Below are positions 24,464 to 32,000 of a stretch of 32,000 bases of DNA, piece by piece. The DNA lies in assembly GCA_963675915.1 (NCBI GenBank), contig OY780959.1, positions 1,890,001-1,922,000 of the forward strand, read 5' to 3'. This stretch comes from Coprobacillaceae bacterium. Its GTDB lineage: Bacteria; Bacillota_I; Bacilli_A; Erysipelotrichales; Coprobacillaceae. The notes under the pieces are model-generated. The model did not search any database. It was not told where the DNA came from and saw only the letters and a program-made list of their open reading frames with translations. Position 1 is the first letter of the stretch, and every line of letters starts with the position of its first letter. Both the position numbers and the translations under genes were made by a program.

Positions 24464-25676
24464 TTACTTCACCACCTTCATTTTGAGCCAACGCTCCAAG
24501 TACCCCACTTCTGACTACCAGTCCCAATAGCTTGTTGTTTTCATTAACAACTGCTAAAGGCAAGCTGGAAGCCGCCGCAGTTCCAATCAATTCGCTGATC
24601 GGGGTAAATTCATCCACGATCGGAGTTTCAGGGAAATCAACCCCTTCAAGGGTTTTGACTTTTTGATCTCTGAGTTTGACAGCCTGTTCAACTGTCAAAA
24701 GACCTTGCAACTGCATTTTCTTATTTACAACAAAGATACTTGAAATCCCGTTGCTTTTCATCAATTCCAAAGCAACTCCAGGGCCGCTGGTAACTCGGAC
24801 AGTCGCTTTCAATTTTTTCATTACATCCTTGGCAGTCAGCACTTTGGTCAAATCGACACCACGGATGAATTTTGCGATATAATCATCAGCCGGATTATCG
24901 ACAATCTCTTCTGGCGTACCAACTTGGATCAAGGCTCCATCTTTCAGGAACGCTACCCGATCTCCGATTTTTAACGCTTCATTCAAGTCATGGGTAATGA
25001 AGATAACTGTCTTTTCACTGTTTTCCAACAGTTCCAAAAGAAGATCCTGCATTTCCTCTCTAATAAGCGGATCCAAGGCACTAAAAGCCTCATCCATCAG
25101 CAAAATATCCGTGTTCGAACACAATGCCCGAGCCAGACCTACCCTTTGTTTCATCCCCCCTGATAATTCATGAGGATATTTTTCTTCCCAGCCCTTGAGA
25201 CCGACTTGTTCCAAAGCCACTTTGGCGTCTTCAATGCTTTCAGCCTTGTTTTTCCCTTGTATTTCAAGACCGAATAAAGTATTGTCGAGCACCGTACGGT
25301 GTGGCAGCAATGCGAATTGCTGGAAAACCATCGCCATATGAGTCTGGCGGAATTGTCGTAATTTTGGTGCATCAAGCTTAGTGATATCAACACCATCTAC
25401 AATTACTTCCCCTGATGTTGGTTTCAACAAGCGATTCAAACATCTCAGAATCGTCGATTTTCCGGAACCTGACAGCCCCATCAAGACAAACATTTCCCCT
25501 TTTTTTACTTCAAAACTTACATCGTCAACACCAATGGTGCTTCCGGTTTCCTTGAGTACATCATTTTTACTTTTACCCTGTTTTCGCATCTTCAAAGCTC
25601 TTTCAGTATTCTTACCGAAAACTTTGAATAAGTTGTTAACTACAATTTTATTCTCAGTTGTATTTGTGTTATCCAC
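24456..25676 (-). CDS. opuAA: Glycine betaine/proline ABC transporter ATPase with tandem C-terminal CBS domains
   Basis: 406 aa. Walker A GLSGSGKST, signature LSGGMKQRVGLARAL, Walker B LLMDEAFSALD, then a CBS-like C-terminal ~130 aa. GTG start with an upstream GAGG. Confidence 0.9.
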   Translation of the reverse strand: MDNTNTTENKIVVNNLFKVFGKNTERALKMRKQGKSKNDVLKETGSTIGVDDVSFEVKKGEMFVLMGLSGSGKSTILRCLNRLLKPTSGEVIVDGVDITKLDAPKLRQFRQTHMAMVFQQFALLPHRTVLDNTLFGLEIQGKNKAESIEDAKVALEQVGLKGWEEKYPHELSGGMKQRVGLARALCSNTDILLMDEAFSALDPLIREEMQDLLLELLENSEKTVIFITHDLNEALKIGDRVAFLKDGALIQVGTPEEIVDNPADDYIAKFIRGVDLTKVLTAKDVMKKLKATVRVTSGPGVALELMKSNGISSIFVVNKKMQLQGLLTVEQAVKLRDQKVKTLEGVDFPETPIVDEFTPISELIGTAAASSLPLAVVNENNKLLGLVVRSGVLGALAQNEGGEVNV

Positions 25677-25718
25677 AGTTTTTTAATACCTCTTTTCTTT
25701 TTTAATCGTAACAACTTC

Positions 25719-25747
25719 ACAATAACACAAAGTTGTACCTTTGTCAA
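25719..25747 (-). promoter_or_regulatory. Candidate opuA promoter
   Basis: Minus strand TTGACA (25747-25742), a 17-nt spacer, then TATTGT (25724-25719). Confidence 0.5.
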
Positions 25748-25820
25748 ACGTAACGATTTCATTAAATTCATTACAAAACAAAAACGAGTACCGCAAAAAG
25801 GACTCGCTTTATTCAATATA

Positions 25821-26663
25821 TTATTTGGAAATTCTCTTAAGAAATAGATTTTTAAGGAAATTGATTCCTGATTTGAACAGGCCATAAAAATATATTCCAT
25901 AGGCATAAAACCAGATTGTTTTGTACTCCATTGATTCCGATTCCCGGGAAAAGACATCATTGATGATGTATCCCGCATAAATCGCTGTGGCGATAAAATA
26001 CACCGAAATCAAACCCAACAAGATCGATGACAAGGGACCATATAAAGTTTCATAACGGGTCGTGTAGTCCATGATGTTGAACAGCATAATCCCAATTGCC
26101 ATAATCATTAAGCTGGTAACTACCGAACCAATCAAGCCATAAGTCCAATGTTGCTTCTTGAAACTGAACGAACGATACATCAAATAAAATGCAACAATAA
26201 AAAGAATGAAGTTAAGCAACCTGGTTGGAAAGTAATGGAAAACGTTGATCAAAGTAATCGTATCCATGATGACGATTGATATTGCATAGAGAACAAAGGC
26301 TTTGATCCTAATCAAAAAATTCGGACATTCAAAATTCTCATCAACCTTGCTGATCAGCATGAACGAATAAAAGCTGCGGCTCGCCAGAAAAAGCGAGGCA
26401 ATGATGGTGACAATCAGTGAAAACCCTGATCCATAGTCGGTTTCAGAGACATAGTCAATTAGCGGAGCCACCAACTCTTCTGGAAACAATTGGTACAGCG
26501 CTACCATCATCTCGGCATAACTGGAAAAAGTCAGACTAAAAGCGATGATAACCACGATGATTGTCGGAAAAATAGCCATGAAGATACTAAATGACAATGA
26601 GTAACGGAAAAGCACTCCCTCTTCGGAGAAAAACCTTTTATACGCAGTTACGACATTTTCCAT
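25821..26663 (-). CDS. YihY/BrkB-family integral membrane protein
   Basis: 280 aa, about 6 TM segments. The N-terminal pattern KRFFSEEGVLFRYSLSFSIFMAIFPTIIV resembles YihY-family proteins (from memory). Confidence 0.55.
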   Translation of the reverse strand: MENVVTAYKRFFSEEGVLFRYSLSFSIFMAIFPTIIVVIIAFSLTFSSYAEMMVALYQLFPEELVAPLIDYVSETDYGSGFSLIVTIIASLFLASRSFYSFMLISKVDENFECPNFLIRIKAFVLYAISIVIMDTITLINVFHYFPTRLLNFILFIVAFYLMYRSFSFKKQHWTYGLIGSVVTSLMIMAIGIMLFNIMDYTTRYETLYGPLSSILLGLISVYFIATAIYAGYIINDVFSRESESMEYKTIWFYAYGIYFYGLFKSGINFLKNLFLKRISK

Positions 26664-26674
26664 ATCAGTTCTCC

Positions 26675-27670
26675 CTACAGACGATCGAGTTTCAAATCAC
26701 CTTTTTTGATCCATTTAGCCCGCTTGAATCCCTGGTAGATTACCAGATTGACAATAGCCGGCAATACGATTGTAAACATGACAACAATTAAAGTTTTGTT
26801 ATTGCCCATATACTCAATGGCACTAAGCGGTCCGACCAGTCCGGCCGTCCCCATTCCCGAACCGATTGCATTGGCCTGGATATTGAAAAGAACAATCCCA
26901 ATCGGGCTTAATATCGCCCCGGTTATAATCGGAGGAAGCCAAATCAGCGGATGTTTGACAATGTTTTTGAATTGCAGCATGCTGGTTCCAATTCCAATCG
27001 CAATAACATCCCCGATATCATTGTCATCATATGACATGATGGCAAACCCAATCATTTGGGCGCAGCACCCAATCAAGGCAGCTCCAGCCGCCAATCCTTC
27101 CAGACCAAGCATGATTCCAATCGCCGCCGATGATATCGGCGCGGTTAGCGCCATTCCCATGATAACAGCCACGATGATTGACATAATAAAAGGTTGCATT
27201 GTAGTCCCTGAATTAATGACCGCTCCGGTCCAAGAAATAAATCCAGCCACATAAGGCGCCACAAACATGGTCACCAAACCCGATGAAACAATCGCAGTCA
27301 ACGGTACCAAAAGAATATCCACTGGGGTTTTCCCTTGAACAAATTTGACCAATTCCACTGCAACCAAAGTTGCAATGTACGCCCCGACCGGATTACCGAT
27401 TGCCAGGTTTCCACCCGAAATCGTTCCCGCCCCAATTGCCCCGGCAATTATCGCCGAAATCAGATTCAGCCCCTTGGCTTCAATCGTAAAAGCAATTCCG
27501 GCCCCGATGGCAGGTCCCATCAGATATGATGCGATATTTCCCCATTCAACCAAAATAGCCAAATTGAGATAGACCCCAATTTGTTTCAAGATTGTCCCTA
27601 CAATCAGACTGGCAAAGAAACCATAAGCCAGACCGTTAAGACTTTTGATGAAATAATTTTGTTTCCCCAT
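26675..27670 (-). CDS. Polytopic Gly/Ala-rich membrane protein, possibly PTS EIIC-2-type transporter
   Basis: 331 aa, about 10 TM segments. The N-terminus LNGLAYGFFASLIVGTILKQIG and the repeated GxxxG-rich helices support a tentative family call, made from memory. Confidence 0.4.
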   Translation of the reverse strand: MGKQNYFIKSLNGLAYGFFASLIVGTILKQIGVYLNLAILVEWGNIASYLMGPAIGAGIAFTIEAKGLNLISAIIAGAIGAGTISGGNLAIGNPVGAYIATLVAVELVKFVQGKTPVDILLVPLTAIVSSGLVTMFVAPYVAGFISWTGAVINSGTTMQPFIMSIIVAVIMGMALTAPISSAAIGIMLGLEGLAAGAALIGCCAQMIGFAIMSYDDNDIGDVIAIGIGTSMLQFKNIVKHPLIWLPPIITGAILSPIGIVLFNIQANAIGSGMGTAGLVGPLSAIEYMGNNKTLIVVMFTIVLPAIVNLVIYQGFKRAKWIKKGDLKLDRL

Positions 27671-27680
27671 ATTCGCTCTC

Positions 27681-29024
27681 CTAAGTTAAATTTTTAATCC
27701 AGTCGCCACGTTTATAAAGATATATCCCGGCAACACTTTTGACGAACTCGACCCCCTCGACGACAAAATACAACGGAATCAATTCGATTGCTGTAAACGA
27801 AAGTGTTGTCGACAACGCCATTGATATGATCATGAATCCGGAATCCAGGATAAACGTATTCTTGGTATCTCCGCCCGAGCGAAGAATGAAGAACACACAA
27901 ACCGTGACCCCATTGGCCATAACCCAGAATGATTTATATCGCAGACAAGTTATCACCATATTTGTCGTTTCCGGTTTAAGATTGTAGAATAACGGCACAA
28001 TCGGCGCCAACACAAAGATGATTGTTCCGATTCCAGCCGCCAGCATCAATGACAGAATGATCAATCTGAGTGAATTGGCCTGGGCTTTTTCAAGTTCATT
28101 AGCCCCCAACTCATTCCCGATCATTACCATTACCGCACTGCTTATCCCGGCAAAAATAACAAACAGCAAACTACCGATCGTATCAATGATACTGATACCG
28201 GCAACCAAGATTTCATCGGTTCGCATATAAGCCATGAACACCACCGTTGTCCCGGTCGTGTAGATAATTTCATTGATGGTCAAAGGGACAACTTTGTTGA
28301 TCATTCTTCCGATGATTTCAAAATTCAGGCGCACCAGCTGGGTAACCCGGATCCTGAAATAATAATTTTTGAAGTTCAGGCAATATAAGTATAACCCGAA
28401 TTCCACCAATCTTGCAATCAAAGTGGCTAAACCGGCCCCTTCAACCCCTAATTCCGGCAAACCGAAATTACCATAAATCAAAACATAGTTCAGTCCTGTA
28501 TTAGTCAATACGGAAACTATTCCGATCATCAGCGACAATTTTACGATTTTTACCGAGCGTAAGTTAGTAGAGATTGCCAATGACACCCCAAACGGGATAT
28601 AGGTGAACTTGGCAAACTTAAGATACTGCAACGCCGCTGCAATTATCCCTTCATTATCAGTGAATAGCAACAGTAATTGACGGGGGAAAAACACCAAAAG
28701 GGTTGTGAATAAAAATCCCACCATCAATGAGGCCACAATTGTAATGTCGAAGGATTCCTGAACCTCTTTGTCTTTTTTTGCACCGAAATATTGAGCGACA
28801 AAAATACTGGCCCCGCCGGCCAAACCGAAAATTAACGAAAAATTCAAAATATAAAATCTGTTTGCGGTGGAAACTGCTGTCAAAGCAACCTCACCCAAAC
28901 TACCTATCATCACATTATCCACCAACGACACGAAGGACGTGACAAATTGTTGCGCCATAGTCGGCAATGCGATAGCCAGGAACCCCAGATAGAATTGGCG
29001 GTTCCCAAAAAATTTACTCTTCAT
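27681..29024 (-). CDS. MATE-family efflux transporter
   Basis: 447 aa, 12 TM segments. The N-terminal LAIALPTMAQQFVTSFVSLVDNVMIGSLG is typical of MATE. Confidence 0.85.
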   Translation of the reverse strand: MKSKFFGNRQFYLGFLAIALPTMAQQFVTSFVSLVDNVMIGSLGEVALTAVSTANRFYILNFSLIFGLAGGASIFVAQYFGAKKDKEVQESFDITIVASLMVGFLFTTLLVFFPRQLLLLFTDNEGIIAAALQYLKFAKFTYIPFGVSLAISTNLRSVKIVKLSLMIGIVSVLTNTGLNYVLIYGNFGLPELGVEGAGLATLIARLVEFGLYLYCLNFKNYYFRIRVTQLVRLNFEIIGRMINKVVPLTINEIIYTTGTTVVFMAYMRTDEILVAGISIIDTIGSLLFVIFAGISSAVMVMIGNELGANELEKAQANSLRLIILSLMLAAGIGTIIFVLAPIVPLFYNLKPETTNMVITCLRYKSFWVMANGVTVCVFFILRSGGDTKNTFILDSGFMIISMALSTTLSFTAIELIPLYFVVEGVEFVKSVAGIYLYKRGDWIKNLT

Positions 29025-29125
29025 GATATTCCCTCAAATCCAATTTTGACCATGGCGCCGGATATCAATCGGCATCAAAACTGGATATCAACTTTAATTT
29101 ACGCCCGAATACCCGGGCGATGATA

Positions 29126-30301
29126 TTATTTTGTAAGCAACTTAGTGTAAAAAATTTCCATCAATGTCGCCCCTACCGGAGCGGTAACAATAATTGATAT
29201 AACCGCAACTGTCAGAACAATTTCCCCGCAAGGAAGCCCCATTGCCAGAGGCAATCCCCCAATCGCTGCTTGAACGGTCGCTTTTGGCATATAAGCAAAA
29301 ACAGTGAAAAGCCGCTCTTTGCCGTTGAGATTGGTTTTGATCAGACTGATTAGAACTCCCACAATCCTGAATAGCAACACCCCGGCAATCAATAATACGG
29401 CAATCGGCCCGGCATCCAAGGCATAATCAATATTTACCGTCGCCCCTACCAGGACAAAAAGAATCACTTCGGCACCAACCCATAATTTGGAGAACTTTCC
29501 TGACAAGCGACGAGAAACCTCATATTTACGCTGTTGAATCGCACCTCCCAAGGCCATGACCGCCAGCAGACCGGAAAAACCGATCATCCCGGTCATTTGG
29601 TGTTCCAAAGTCACCAACAAGAAGGAAACCGATAAGATAATTACAACTTTCCCGGTGTCCCTGATATGGAATTTAGTGAAAAACCAGGTCAGTATCAAAC
29701 CGGATATAATTCCACCTGATAACCCTAGAATTATCGACGTCGGAATGGTTAGAAAGTGACTCGGCGTAATCGTTCCTCCTTGAGCGAGACTGACAAAAGC
29801 CGTGAATAGAACAATGACAAAAACATCATCGACTGAAGCTCCCGCCATAATCATCTGTGGCACACTCTTGTTCTTGCCATAACCGTTATCCATCAACTTT
29901 AGCATCATCGGCACAATAACCGCAGGCGAAACCGCAGCTACGACAGTTGCCATCACCATCGCTTCAATGGTCGATATTCCCAACAGCCGTGGCGCCAAAA
30001 GAACCATTCCAACTATTTCGAAAACAGCCGGAACAAAACACATCAAAATTGCCGGACGGCCAACTTTTTTAAGATCCTTGATATCCAGATTAAGACCTGC
30101 CCGGGCCAGGATGATGATTAAGGCTATTTGGCGCAAATCGGTGGAAACCTCCAGGATTTTCGGATCCAACAGATTTAGCACATAGGGCCCCAACAATATC
30201 CCGGTAAGCAACATCCCCAGCAGACGGGGCATCTTCAGTTTTTCAAATAATTTCCCCAAAGACATTCCAATAAGCAAAATCAATGCAAACGACAATAACA
30301 T
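29126..30301 (-). CDS. Cation:proton antiporter (Na+/H+ exchanger family)
   Basis: The track ORF starts at 30415, but AAAGGAGA plus a 6-nt spacer precedes the ATG at 30301 (MLLSFALILLIGMSLGKLFEKLKMPRLLGMLLTGILLGP, a typical CPA N-terminus). Confidence 0.8.
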   Translation of the reverse strand: MLLSFALILLIGMSLGKLFEKLKMPRLLGMLLTGILLGPYVLNLLDPKILEVSTDLRQIALIIILARAGLNLDIKDLKKVGRPAILMCFVPAVFEIVGMVLLAPRLLGISTIEAMVMATVVAAVSPAVIVPMMLKLMDNGYGKNKSVPQMIMAGASVDDVFVIVLFTAFVSLAQGGTITPSHFLTIPTSIILGLSGGIISGLILTWFFTKFHIRDTGKVVIILSVSFLLVTLEHQMTGMIGFSGLLAVMALGGAIQQRKYEVSRRLSGKFSKLWVGAEVILFVLVGATVNIDYALDAGPIAVLLIAGVLLFRIVGVLISLIKTNLNGKERLFTVFAYMPKATVQAAIGGLPLAMGLPCGEIVLTVAVISIIVTAPVGATLMEIFYTKLLTK

Positions 30302-30533
30302 GTAAATTCTCCTTTTTATGAACAAACGATAACCGGAATGATCAATCGACCATTTCACCGCCAATAAAGTGGCAAAAAATCCGCTCACAATCAACAGTAA
30401 TTTCCGATATCCCAAAATATTTCTACGGCATAGATTATAACACCACTTCCGTTTTTTTTAAACACCAATCAACGATTTACTTGATTCGATATCCATCAAT
30501 TATCGGACTCTATGCCATAATCAATAAAAACAC

Positions 30534-30557
30534 AAAAAAAACCCTGCCTAAGCAGAG
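30534..30557 (-). terminator. Rho-independent terminator after tRNA-Ala
   Basis: Minus strand CTCTGC-TTAG-GCAGGG (one G-U pair) followed by T8. Confidence 0.75.
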
Positions 30558-30571
30558 TCTCATTTTTATTT

Positions 30572-30647
30572 TGGTGGAGCCTAGCGGGATCGAACCGCTG
30601 ACCCCCTGCGTGCAAGGCAAGTGCTCTCCCAGCTGAGCTAAGGCCCC
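30572..30647 (-). tRNA. tRNA-Ala (anticodon UGC)
   Basis: Reverse complement GGGGCCTTAGCTCAGCTGGGAGAGCACTTGCCTTGCACGCAGG...GGTTCGATCCCGCTAGGCTCCACCA. G3-U70 is present. Anticodon loop CTTGCAC. Confidence 0.9.
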
Positions 30648-30671
30648 AAAACAATAATAAATATTAAATTA

Positions 30672-30748
<77 letters not shown>

Positions 30749-30776
30749 ATAATTTATATATTAAGCAAACAATTAA

Positions 30777-30853
<77 letters not shown>

Positions 30854-30872
30854 ATCAACTGACTGCCTGTAT

Positions 30873-30901
30873 ATAGTACCATACACAAATGCCATCGTCA
30901 A
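30873..30901 (-). promoter_or_regulatory. Promoter of the tRNA Ile-Ile-Ala operon
   Basis: Minus strand TTGACG (30901-30896), a 17-nt spacer ending in TGg, then TACTAT (30878-30873), about 20 nt upstream of tRNA-Ile. Confidence 0.65.
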
Positions 30902-31157
30902 CACATTTTTTAAAAAAAAATTCTTTTTTAAAACAGGTTCAAATCAATTGAAATTTTAACTCGACTCAGGCCTCAAACCCGGGTAATTTTGATTCGATTT
31001 TTTCACCAGTTTGGCTCTGATTGAACCAGTCCTCGCCAGCTAAAATAGACCCATTTTTTTACGATGAATAATTACATTAATTGGCATTGATTAAATCTAT
31101 TAATCAATCATATAAATTATATTAATGATAAAATAGTGGCAATGTGATAAATAATTA

Positions 31158-31185
31158 TTGTATTAATGTTCTACTTTGATATAAT
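31158..31185 (+). promoter_or_regulatory. Candidate promoter of the terminal aminotransferase gene
   Basis: TTGTAT (31158-31163), a 16-nt spacer ending in TGa, then TATAAT (31180-31185). GGGGAG RBS at about 31211. Confidence 0.5.
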
Positions 31186-31222
31186 CATTTCAAAGATATT
31201 ATATAAAAAAGGGGAGATTAAC

Positions 31223-32000
31223 ATGGACTTTAGATTTTCAAAAAGATTCAACGATTTAACACCTAGTATGATTCGTGAAGTTCGCGTCAAAGCGGCTGGA
31301 CCGGGGATGATTGACTTTTCGGTCGGTCGTCCGGCCAAAGAGGTATTTCCAGAAGAAAGAATCCGCAGCTTGTCTGATAAGATACTGGCAGAAAATATGT
31401 ATGAAATCTTGCAATATGCCAGCAAAACTGCTGATGACGATCTGGTCATTGAATTGAAGAAATTTTTTAACAGCATCGAGAATATTGTGACCGACGATGA
31501 TGATATCATGGTTACATCAGGTTCAGGGGAAGGTTTGGAGTTGGCATCCAAAGTATTCTGTGACGAAGGCGACTCAATCATTGTTGAAGATCCAAGTTTT
31601 GTAGGGGCACTTAACGGATTCAAAAGCAATGGGGCAAAATTAATCGGGGTACCACTCGAAAGTGACGGATTAGATCTAGATTTGTTGGAAAAGGCCATGC
31701 AGACCAAGCCAACACCAAAATTGCTATACATCATTCCGACCTTTCAAAATCCCAAATGTTTTACCACTCCATTAGAAAAGAGAAAAGCAATTTACGAGCT
31801 ATGTCTTAAATACGGGGTTATGATTTTAGAAGACAATCCTTATGGTAATTTACGCTTTAAAGGTAAGGCCGTTCCTTCATTTAAAGCTTTGGATACTGAA
31901 GGTATCGTTATTTATCTGGCAAGTTTGTCAAAAATCATCTCACCGGGAGTACGTGTCGGGACTGTGGTTGCCAGAAAAGAAGTTGTAAATAAATTTTCTA
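31223..32000 (+). CDS. PLP-dependent class I aminotransferase (ARO8/LysN-type), 5' part; paralogue of 6944-8146
   Basis: My own translation from the ATG at 31223: MDFRFSKRFNDLTPSMIREV...VTSGSGEGLELASKVF...IPTFQNPKCFT...ILEDNPYGNLRF...ASLSKIISPGVRVG. The frame is open to the window end, so it is absent from the ORF track. The 31171-31734 minus ORF lies antisense to it. Confidence 0.85.
   Translation, partial: MDFRFSKRFNDLTPSMIREVRVKAAGPGMIDFSVGRPAKEVFPEERIRSLSDKILAENMYEILQYASKTADDDLVIELKKFFNSIENIVTDDDDIMVTSGSGEGLELASKVFCDEGDSIIVEDPSFVGALNGFKSNGAKLIGVPLESDGLDLDLLEKAMQTKPTPKLLYIIPTFQNPKCFTTPLEKRKAIYELCLKYGVMILEDNPYGNLRFKGKAVPSFKALDTEGIVIYLASLSKIISPGVRVGTVVARKEVVNKFS

Noticed and set aside
31171-31734. 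187-aa minus-strand ORF in the track
   Set aside because: It lies antisense to a well-supported plus-strand aminotransferase frame (RBS, PLP motifs, paralogy to 6944-8146). It has a low-complexity Ser/Leu-rich composition and no RBS.

Overview
This looks like an ordinary chromosomal housekeeping segment from a low-GC Firmicute or Mollicute-like bacterium. There are AGGAGG-type ribosome-binding sites, sigma-A-like TTGACA/TATAAT promoters and many hairpin plus T-run terminators. I see no transposase, integrase, CRISPR array or recognisable defence genes.

Gene content, left to right:
- NAD-kinase-like 3' end, RluA-family pseudouridine synthase, Spx, trpS, and a UppP-like membrane protein.
- An 11-gene tRNA operon on the minus strand (Val-Thr-Tyr-Gln-Lys-Leu-Gly-Gly-Gly-Asn-Glu).
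- A HisC-family aminotransferase, a small membrane-anchored thioredoxin-like protein, and an ARO8/LysN-type aminotransferase.
- A 4-gene polar amino-acid ABC transporter, then a PanE-like reductase.
- A lipoprotein-deoD-HAD-alr block.
- A hypothetical-NfeD-SPFH operon.
- A SWIM-SNF2 helicase followed by a GntR/TrkA-C regulator.
- opuAA-AB-AC, then YihY-like, EIIC-like, MATE and cation/proton antiporter membrane proteins.
- A stand-alone tRNA Ile-Ile-Ala operon.
- A second ARO8/LysN-type aminotransferase that runs off the window end. It is missing from the ORF track because it has no stop codon inside the window.

The one place the protein and tRNA genes do not explain is the 846-nt ORF-poor intergenic region at 8147-8992. 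Its core is about 49% G+C by my hand count (88/180 over 8581-8760). A typical spacer here is far lower (6/60 over 12301-12360). The region carries at least six separable perfect helices. I rate it as a candidate large structured noncoding RNA or complex leader of unknown class. I could not match it from memory to any known RNA family. The remaining observations are lower-interest oddities.
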